Source: Candidatus Saccharimonadota bacterium
Lineage (GTDB): Bacteria; Patescibacteriota; Saccharimonadia; CAILAD01; BJGX01
Direction of reading: 5' to 3'
DNA length: 46,921 nt
Assembly: GCA_037133995.1 (NCBI GenBank)
Contig: JBAXNA010000001.1
Coordinates: 1 to 46,921 of the forward strand
The notes beneath the pieces are model-generated. The model saw nothing but the letters and a program-made list of their open reading frames with translations, made no database searches and was not told the origin of the DNA. The position numbers and the translations under genes were made by a program. Below are positions 10,161-16,850 of this stretch, piece by piece; the stretch's first letter is position 1, and every line of letters starts with the position of its first letter.

Positions 10161-10190
10161 TCTTTAAGTAATAAGTAAAAGAGTTTATCT

Positions 10191-10640
10191 ATGAGCCTAC
10201 AAAATCTCACACAGCTAGAAGCCGATCTTGCTAGCGCCGCCAAGGCTAGAGATCAAATTCGCCTAAGCGTATTAAGGCTTTTAAAAAGTGCTCTCAAGAA
10301 CTATGAAATAGAGGTAGGCCATGATGCCACTCCTCAAGAAATAATGACGGTTTTACAGCGTGAGGCTAAAAAACGCCAAGATTCAATTAATCAGTATGGC
10401 TCAGCCAATAGACAAGACCTGGTAGACGAAGAACAGGCCGAGCTTGAAATCTTAGAAGAGTATCTGCCGCCCAAGCTTAGCGATGAAGACCTAGACAAGC
10501 TAGTGGCTCAGGCTATTCAAGAAACCGCAGCCTCTTCACCAGCAGATATGGGAAAAGTTATGCAGGCCGTAATGAAGCTTGCCGGCGCTGGCGCTGATGG
10601 CAAGGTAGTAAGCGAAAAAGTAAAGTCAGCTTTAAGCTAA
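10191..10640 (+). CDS. GatB/YqeY domain protein
   Basis: 149 aa. Typical YqeY pattern (LSVLRLLKSALKNYEIE...REAKKRQDSINQY...E(L)EILEEYLP...MGKVMQAVM). The position after rpsU is the usual one. Confidence 0.8.
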   Translation: MSLQNLTQLEADLASAAKARDQIRLSVLRLLKSALKNYEIEVGHDATPQEIMTVLQREAKKRQDSINQYGSANRQDLVDEEQAELEILEEYLPPKLSDEDLDKLVAQAIQETAASSPADMGKVMQAVMKLAGAGADGKVVSEKVKSALS

Positions 10641-10662
10641 AGCTGAATAGCTATTTTTTATT

Positions 10663-11118
10663 ATGCAATCTCAACTAATCTGCGCAAGCTCTTTACCAGA
10701 TAATGTTACCAAACAATTTTTAGAGGATGTTTTTAAGACTACATTAGGGAGCGCTAGTTTTGGCCCCGAGGGCGCCATATCTCTGGCTTTTGTGAGCCAG
10801 GCCAAGATGAAGAGTCTCAATATGGAATTTGCTAAAAATAATTATCCAACAGATGTATTGAGTTTTTCATACCCCGGCAAAGCAATCTCTCCAAGTGACA
10901 TATCTGGCGAGGTGGTGATATGCACCAGCATTGCTAAGTCACAGGCCAAAGCAAACAATACTGATTTTTTATCTGAGATTGCTCTACTTTTTGCTCACGG
11001 ACTCATTCATCTTGCAGGTAAAGATCATCAGACAAAGACTGAGCAAGCTAGCTTTGATAGCCTGCAGAGTGCTATTATAGAGTCACTATCACTTAAATAT
11101 AGGAATATGCCATGGTAA
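10663..11118 (+). CDS. ybeY: rRNA maturation endoribonuclease YbeY
   Basis: 151 aa. Zinc motif HGLIHLAGKDH (H-x3-H-x5-H) and TDVLSF upstream. Confidence 0.8.
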   Translation: MQSQLICASSLPDNVTKQFLEDVFKTTLGSASFGPEGAISLAFVSQAKMKSLNMEFAKNNYPTDVLSFSYPGKAISPSDISGEVVICTSIAKSQAKANNTDFLSEIALLFAHGLIHLAGKDHQTKTEQASFDSLQSAIIESLSLKYRNMPW

Positions 11119-11480
11119 GTTTTAAAAGTTTTTCTTATGCCTTTAAGGGCTTAAAATATGTTCTAAACTCCGAGCGCAATGCTCGCTTACACCTATTGCT
11201 GGCAGTTTTGGCTTTGGTAGCTAGTATTGTCTTACGTATTGGGCTAGAAGAGTGGCTATTTGTGGTTATCTCTATCTCACTAGTGTTTTTTGCAGAAATA
11301 GTCAACACCGCAATAGAAAAGACGCTGGACCTTATCAGTCAAGAAAATAATCAAATGGTGAAACTCATTAAAGACACGATGGCCGCCGGCGTACTAGTCA
11401 CTGCCTTTGGAGCTGTTGTTGTGGCAGTGATTATTTTTGTTCCAAGACTTATTTTATTATTTGAGGGAGTTATTAAATGA
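11112..11480 (+). CDS. dgkA: diacylglycerol/undecaprenol kinase family membrane protein
   Basis: 122 aa with 3 TM helices and the AEIVNTAIE motif of prokaryotic DAGK. Overlaps ybeY and adk. Confidence 0.75.
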   Translation: MVSFKSFSYAFKGLKYVLNSERNARLHLLLAVLALVASIVLRIGLEEWLFVVISISLVFFAEIVNTAIEKTLDLISQENNQMVKLIKDTMAAGVLVTAFGAVVVAVIIFVPRLILLFEGVIK

Positions 11481-12022
11481 AAAAGCTTATAGTACTTATG
11501 GGTATGCCTGGGGCTGGCAAAGACACTCAAGCACTACTTCTCGAAAAAGCCCTAGACTTAAAAGTCATAAGAGTCGGCGATGAAGTACGTAAAAAAGCTA
11601 AAAACGACAAAGAACTCGCTAAAAATATCAATAGTGGTGAGCTAGCCAATGAGTCAATGGTAGACAAAATAGTAGAAGATATCTTGAGGGGCTCTGCAGC
11701 TAATGCTCACTTGCTAAGCGATGGCTACCCAAGAAGCTACGGCCAGGCCCAAGCCTTACAAGCAATGACCAAAAAACTCGACATAGAAATTGAAAAAGTC
11801 CTGTACTTAGAAATAACTGAAGCTGAAGTCTTCGCTCGCCTCAAGCTTAGAGCTAGGGCAGATGACGACGAGGCTGTGATTGCAAATAGACTAGAGGTAT
11901 TTGAGGAATCCACTAAGCCAGTTCTAGAGCATTTCAAGTCACTGGGAATACTTAAGAGGATTGATGGAATTGGCACTATCGAGCAAGTACAGTCGAGAAT
12001 TCAAGAGGCATTAAAGCAGTGA
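11477..12022 (+). CDS. adk: adenylate kinase (short, lid-less form)
   Basis: 181 aa. P-loop GMPGAGKDTQ, SDGYPRS (GFPR-type) motif, no Cys4 lid. Confidence 0.8.
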   Translation: MKKLIVLMGMPGAGKDTQALLLEKALDLKVIRVGDEVRKKAKNDKELAKNINSGELANESMVDKIVEDILRGSAANAHLLSDGYPRSYGQAQALQAMTKKLDIEIEKVLYLEITEAEVFARLKLRARADDDEAVIANRLEVFEESTKPVLEHFKSLGILKRIDGIGTIEQVQSRIQEALKQ

Positions 12023-12771
12023 AGACCAGAGTAAAAACACCAGAAGAAATAATATCAATTCGCAAAAGTGGTCAGATTTTGGCTGAAATACTAGCTATTC
12101 TCGCAGATGCTACAAAACCTGGCATCACAACCCAACAAATTGACGAGCTAGCAGTAAAAGAGCTAAAAGCACGGTCTGCTAAAGCGGCTTTTCTGGGATA
12201 TGGTGATTTTCCGGCCAGTATCTGCATATCTGTAAACGACGAGATAGTACACGGCATACCCTCTTCTAGGGTGATTGAAGAAGGTGATCTGGTTGGTCTA
12301 GATTTTGGTGTAACTATCGAGGGTATGATTACAGATTCAGCTGTCACCGTGCCAGTAGGAAAAATATCTGATGAGGCAAAAAATCTATTAGACTATACCA
12401 AGAGAGCCTTAAACGCCGGTATTGCTGTAATAAAAGATGGCGTTAGGGTGGGCGATATTAGTCACGCCATAGGCACCACACTTGAAGAAGGTGGGCTAAA
12501 AGTTATCGAAACACTTGGAGGGCATGGCGTTGGGCACCAAGTACATGAAGAGCCTTACATTTCTAATTTTGGAAAAAAGGGTAGTGGTGAAATACTACGT
12601 GCCGGTATGACTATAGCTCTTGAGCCAATTGCAAGCCTTGGCACTCACGATACTTATCTAGCCAAAGATGACTGGACCTACCTGACCTCAGACAAAAGTC
12701 TTTCAGCACAATTCGAGCACACCATTCTAATAACAAAAAACGGCTCCGAAATTCTCACCAAGCTTCATTGA
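12019..12771 (+). CDS. map: type I methionine aminopeptidase
   Basis: 250 aa. Metal ligands lie in DFG...D(S)A, GHGVGHQVHEEP, LEP and FEHT contexts. The GTG start overlaps the adk stop. Confidence 0.9.
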   Translation: MKTRVKTPEEIISIRKSGQILAEILAILADATKPGITTQQIDELAVKELKARSAKAAFLGYGDFPASICISVNDEIVHGIPSSRVIEEGDLVGLDFGVTIEGMITDSAVTVPVGKISDEAKNLLDYTKRALNAGIAVIKDGVRVGDISHAIGTTLEEGGLKVIETLGGHGVGHQVHEEPYISNFGKKGSGEILRAGMTIALEPIASLGTHDTYLAKDDWTYLTSDKSLSAQFEHTILITKNGSEILTKLH

Positions 12772-12806
12772 AACCTTTGCCCTAAACAGGTATAATTATC
12801 TAATAT

Positions 12807-14048
12807 ATGGCGCAACAAAAGCACGAAGCAACATTCGTAGGTCTCGATATTGGCACTAGCAAAGTAGTTTGTCTAGTAGGCCTGCACCAACAAGATTTAG
12901 CAACACCTAGTATCATTGGGCTAGGAGTGGCTCCAGTTAGTGGTCTCAAAAGAGGTGTAGTGACTGATGTAGAAGAGACCGTAAGCGCAATCACTGCAGC
13001 GCTTGAAGAAGCTGAACGAATGAGTGGAGTGGTAATAACTAAGGCGAGTATTAATGTCGATGGATCACATCTGCATAGCCTAAACGCTAGTGGCGTAGTT
13101 GCTGTATCGCGCGCCGACCACCAGGTATCAGAAAGTGATATCGAGCGAGTCGAGTTAGTGACAAGTAGTATTACTCTTGAGGCTAATAGGCAAATAATCT
13201 CAATAATTCCAAAAGCCTACCATGTAGATGACCAGCGCGGTGTGCTTGAGCCAGTCGGGGTAAGCGGCGTGAAGCTAGAGATGGAAGCCCATATCATAAC
13301 CGGCTCAACTCCTGCAGTTAAGAATTTACAAAATTCAGTCTTTAGATCAGGTATTGCAATTGGCCAGCAGGTGGCAACACCTATAGCTGCAGCCAAAGCA
13401 CTTCTAAGTACACAGCAAAAAGACCTTGGTGTGGCGCTAGTCAATTTTGGCTCAGAAACGACTGGGATTGTTATATATGAGAACGGAGTCATATGCCATA
13501 CGTCTGTCGTTCCAATAGGCTCAAACAATATCACCAAAGATTTAGTATATGGTCTGCGTACTACTCCAGAAGTAGCTGAAAAACTGAAAATAGATCATGC
13601 TATAGCAACTAAGCCGAAGGGAAAGACCAATAAGCAGATTAGTCTGGAGCAATACGGATCAGCCGGTAATGTTTATCAACACGACATTGATACAATAGTG
13701 GCCAGTAGGCTAGAAGAGATATTTAAAATTGTAGGTGAAGAGATAAAAAAATCAGTAAAATCAACTAATGGATTGGGTGCAGGCATGGTCTTGACAGGTG
13801 GTGGGGCAAATATGGCCGAAATCACTCACTTTGTTAGATCTACTACAGGAATAACTACCCACCTAGGTAGAGCCACTGGATACACTGGTATTTCAGACAA
13901 GATTTCAGACCCTGCCTACTCAGCAGTTATAGGACTGATGCTTGAGGATATGGAATCGCCAGTTTCTAAGCATCATTTTGCAGGCCCAGCAATATTTCAG
14001 ACAATTTTAAATAAAATTAAAACAATATTTAAAAGCCTAATGCCCTAG
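12807..14048 (+). CDS. ftsA: cell division protein FtsA
   Basis: 413 aa. Actin-fold phosphate motifs (VGLDIGTSKV, VNFGSETTG, LTGGGANM). Located upstream of ftsZ. Confidence 0.9.
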   Translation: MAQQKHEATFVGLDIGTSKVVCLVGLHQQDLATPSIIGLGVAPVSGLKRGVVTDVEETVSAITAALEEAERMSGVVITKASINVDGSHLHSLNASGVVAVSRADHQVSESDIERVELVTSSITLEANRQIISIIPKAYHVDDQRGVLEPVGVSGVKLEMEAHIITGSTPAVKNLQNSVFRSGIAIGQQVATPIAAAKALLSTQQKDLGVALVNFGSETTGIVIYENGVICHTSVVPIGSNNITKDLVYGLRTTPEVAEKLKIDHAIATKPKGKTNKQISLEQYGSAGNVYQHDIDTIVASRLEEIFKIVGEEIKKSVKSTNGLGAGMVLTGGGANMAEITHFVRSTTGITTHLGRATGYTGISDKISDPAYSAVIGLMLEDMESPVSKHHFAGPAIFQTILNKIKTIFKSLMP

Positions 14049-14084
14049 TCTCATTGTTCTATTAATTGTTATCAATCTAAATTC

Positions 14085-14110
14085 GTCTTTGTCAAAAAGA
14101 CTATTTTTTT
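14085..14110 (+). terminator. weak intrinsic terminator after ftsA
   Basis: GTCTTT/AAAGAC 6-bp stem (14085-14090 / 14096-14101), followed by TATTTTTTT. Confidence 0.4.
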
Positions 14111-14182
14111 GTATAAATATTATATCTATATTGAACACATTATTTAATCTTAAGCTTTTTATAAAAAAGTCGAACAAATATG

Positions 14183-14296
14183 TTGTATTTAGTGGCCAAC
14201 ATAGGCTATAATAGTATTATCTCTTGGCAATTAGCGAGAGTGTGTGGCAAGGATCATATCCTATCTGGCAGGCCGTCTCTAGCGCCTGCCTTTTTT
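14183..14296 (+). promoter_or_regulatory. orphan promoter-to-terminator unit (candidate ~75-nt small RNA or ftsZ leader attenuator)
   Basis: TTGTAT (14183-14188), 18-nt spacer, TATAAT (14207-14212). Downstream there are three hairpins: 14221-14240, 14251-14261 and GGCAGGC/GCCTGCC at 14267-14273 / 14284-14290. The last is followed by T6 (14291-14296), 45 nt before the ftsZ ATG. Confidence 0.4.
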
Positions 14297-14341
14297 AGAA
14301 ATTATACCCAAGGTATTATAAGTGAGTTTTAAGGAGATATT

Positions 14342-15736
14342 ATGGCAGAGATTCTACCAGACATCGAAACATTTGCGCGTATAAAAGTCGTTGGGGTTGG
14401 CGGCGGTGGCGGTAATGCCCTGAACCGAATGGTTCAGTCTAAACTAAGAGGTATAGATTTTGTTGCTATTAACACCGACGCTCAGGCCCTACACTACTCT
14501 CAGGCCAACAAAAAAGTACATATCGGCAAAGAAGCTACCAAGGGCTTAGGCGCTGGTGCGAACCCAGAAATAGGCAGAATGGCAGCAGAGGAGTCTGAAG
14601 CCGATATATATGAGGCCTTAAAGAACTCTGAAATGGTATTTATCACTTATGGATCAGGTGGCGGAACTGGCTCAGGTGCTGCACCGGTTGTGGCTCGCAT
14701 AGCCAAGGAAATAGGCGCACTTACTGTTGCAATTATAACAAAGCCTTTTACTTTTGAAGGAGACAGGCGCCGAAAGGTATCAGACCAAGGAATCGATGAA
14801 ATAAAAGACAAGGTCGATACACTGATTATGATACCTAATGACAGAATCTTGCAGATTATTGACCGTAAGACCTCGCTTCTAGACGCCTTTGGCGCTGTAG
14901 ACGATATTTTGAAACAAGGTGTGCAAGGTATTGCAGACCTTATCACTATTAACGGTATTGTTAATCTTGATTTTGCCGATGTAAAATCTATTATGCATGA
15001 TGCCGGCAGTGCACTTATGGGAATTGGCCAAGGCACCGGCGAGACCAGGGCTGTCGATGCAGTTAAGCAAGCTATTGACTCTCCGCTACTAGAAGTATCT
15101 ATAACTGGTGCTAAGGGTGTACTAATTAATTTCACCGGCGGAAGAGATATGGGAATGCATGAAGTTGAGGAGGCCGCGAAGCTTATACACGACTCAGTAG
15201 ACCCTGAAGCCAACATTATATTTGGTACAGTTATTGATGAAAATATGACCGGCGAGATTAGGGTCACCCTAGTGGCAACTGGTTTTGACTCAGAAAGAAG
15301 AAGCTCATCTGATTACGGTATTTTTTCACCAACCACCACCATAGAAGAAGCAAATTCAGGTGCTGAGCACAATGATCTGCCTCAAGACAAATTTACTCCA
15401 TTTTTGAGTAATGAACAGCCCAAGGCTCTTTTTGAGGACCCAGCCCAACCTATGGTTAGGGCACAGCCAGAAGACACAAATAGTAGTATTGAGCCAGATG
15501 AAGAAATAATTGGATTCGACTTAGATGAAGATGTTCTTGAAGAAGAATCAAAAAAGGTACCTTTTGATAAGACAGAGCCAATAGTTGAGACCGTTACATC
15601 GTCAAGGAGCTATGACGACGACGAGATAGATAAACCAGCTTTTTTGAGAGAAGGTAAGAAGATAAGCCAGTCAGATAGTGCTAATGATAGCGACGACGAT
15701 GAATCTATGCCGTCTTTTATAAAGCGCAAGCTCTAG
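14342..15736 (+). CDS. ftsZ: cell division GTPase FtsZ
   Basis: 464 aa. Tubulin signature GGGTGSGAAPV, NTDAQAL, a long acidic disordered tail and a conserved C-terminal peptide (PSFIKRK). AAGGAG SD. Confidence 0.95.
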   Translation: MAEILPDIETFARIKVVGVGGGGGNALNRMVQSKLRGIDFVAINTDAQALHYSQANKKVHIGKEATKGLGAGANPEIGRMAAEESEADIYEALKNSEMVFITYGSGGGTGSGAAPVVARIAKEIGALTVAIITKPFTFEGDRRRKVSDQGIDEIKDKVDTLIMIPNDRILQIIDRKTSLLDAFGAVDDILKQGVQGIADLITINGIVNLDFADVKSIMHDAGSALMGIGQGTGETRAVDAVKQAIDSPLLEVSITGAKGVLINFTGGRDMGMHEVEEAAKLIHDSVDPEANIIFGTVIDENMTGEIRVTLVATGFDSERRSSSDYGIFSPTTTIEEANSGAEHNDLPQDKFTPFLSNEQPKALFEDPAQPMVRAQPEDTNSSIEPDEEIIGFDLDEDVLEEESKKVPFDKTEPIVETVTSSRSYDDDEIDKPAFLREGKKISQSDSANDSDDDESMPSFIKRKL

Positions 15737-15747
15737 GAGCCACTAAA

Positions 15748-16212
15748 GTGCGTTGTCCAAGCTGTGGATCAGAAGAAAATAAAGTATTGGAGTCACGAGA
15801 GGTAGACGAAGGCTTGGCTATTCGCCGCCGTCGTCAGTGTTTGGCCTGCAAAACTAGGTTTACTACTTACGAAAGAGTAGAGATAGTTTATTTAATGATA
15901 GTAAAAAAAGATGGCAATCGTGAAAGCTATGATAGAAACAAGCTGGCCAGAGGAATTTACAGAGCTTTTGAAAAAAGACCTATTCCAATCGAGAAAATAG
16001 AGCTGTTGATATCTAGGATAGAGCAGCAGATACAAGCAGAAGGTACCACCGAGCTACTCAGCTCGCAGCTTGGAAAGTTAGTTATGGCTGAGATTATGAG
16101 TACTGACCCTGTGGCCTACGTTCGCTTTGCAAGTGTCTACAGAAGCTTTACAGATATTGCTAGTTTTGAGCTCGAGCTAAAGAATCTCAAAAAAAATAAA
16201 AAGAATAAGTAA
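15748..16212 (+). CDS. nrdR: transcriptional repressor NrdR
   Basis: 154 aa. N-terminal zinc ribbon MRCPSCGS...CLACKTRFTTYE and an ATP-cone. GTG start. Confidence 0.9.
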   Translation: MRCPSCGSEENKVLESREVDEGLAIRRRRQCLACKTRFTTYERVEIVYLMIVKKDGNRESYDRNKLARGIYRAFEKRPIPIEKIELLISRIEQQIQAEGTTELLSSQLGKLVMAEIMSTDPVAYVRFASVYRSFTDIASFELELKNLKKNKKNK

Positions 16213-16304
16213 ATTGTTCATAAGCATGAATAAAAGCCTTGCAGTAGGTTAATTATGAATACAGCATGTGTATAAATAATTACTGATGTGCTATAATAAA
16301 AAGC

Positions 16305-16568
16305 ATGAAAGTACTTATTTTTACAACTAGTGAATATCCAAGCGACGAAAGCCTAGACCAGCTCTTGGTTCAGCTCGACGAGCAGCTGGTAAAGTACGAA
16401 TTGCTTGATACTGTTCAGGCTGAAACTACACCCACTCAAGAGTTATACGACATTACGGCTTTGCCAGCGGTGGTAGTTTGTCTCGATGATGGCTCTGCTG
16501 TAAAAATATGGATAAAGCAGCTGCCTTCTGTTGATGATCTGACGGCCTTACTTGGCGGCTCAGCATAG
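16305..16568 (+). CDS. hypothetical small acidic protein (possibly thioredoxin-fold, no CxxC)
   Basis: 87 aa. Only weak resemblance to the thioredoxin beta-alpha pattern (ITALPAVVV). TGCTATAAT lies 7 nt upstream of the ATG and there is no SD. Confidence 0.4.
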   Translation: MKVLIFTTSEYPSDESLDQLLVQLDEQLVKYELLDTVQAETTPTQELYDITALPAVVVCLDDGSAVKIWIKQLPSVDDLTALLGGSA

Positions 16569-16574
16569 TTGGGC

Positions 16575-16850
16575 TTGTACGTTGTGCTAAAGTATCGTAA
16601 AATATAGTTGTTGAAATAATAATAAAAAGCGCCTTATCACTGATTTGTGATAATAAAGTGGTTATCAGCCACGGAGCTACAGAAAGAACCGCTTAAAATA
16701 GCTTTTTAAGCCCAGTAGAGTCTGTCGCAGTCACCTGCGTTGCTAAAGTGAAATTAAGAGCCACACCCTATGGAAGCAGGATGGTACCGTCTCAGATGCC
16801 TGAGACTCCTGCACAGTCTATAGGGTTTTGTTATAAATAAGGAGCTCAAA
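16575..16850 (+). promoter_or_regulatory. T-box leader (tRNA-Ile sensing) upstream of ileS, with candidate promoter
   Basis: Candidate promoter: TTGTAC (16575-16580), 17 nt, TAAAAT (16598-16603). Canonical T-box core AGGAUGGUACCGUC. Helix A1 is GCAGGA/TCCTGC (16776-16781 / 16807-16812). The 7-nt bulge is TGGTACC (16782-16788). Helix A2 is GTCTCAG/CTGAGAC (16789-16795 / 16800-16806). An AUC-A sits in a 7-nt hairpin loop (GTGG-TTATCAG-CCAC, 16658-16672). Confidence 0.7.

Noticed and set aside
14225-14270. TGGCA repeats read as a sigma-54 (-24/-12) promoter.
   Set aside because: No TTGC(A/T) element lies at the required 4-5 nt spacing after any of the TGGCA copies. Nothing else in the window suggests an RpoN system.
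14647-15267. 206-aa ORF antisense to ftsZ. Similar long antisense ORFs occur at 13217-13537, 39906-40208, 40808-41197, 45276-45737 and 45881-46186.
   Set aside because: All lie entirely inside strongly supported genes (ftsZ, ftsA, rplA, dcd, rplJ, rplL) on the opposite strand. They have low-complexity, Ser/Ala-rich mirror-image composition and no start signals, so they are shadow ORFs.
16765-16832. 7-bp helix ACCCTAT/ATAGGGT followed by TTTTGTT, read as the T-box transcription terminator.
   Set aside because: The helix encloses the antiterminator rather than competing with it, so it cannot provide the alternative state. The SD-sequestering pairing (16801-16810 with 16840-16848) explains the switch better. 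It may still be a real closing helix.
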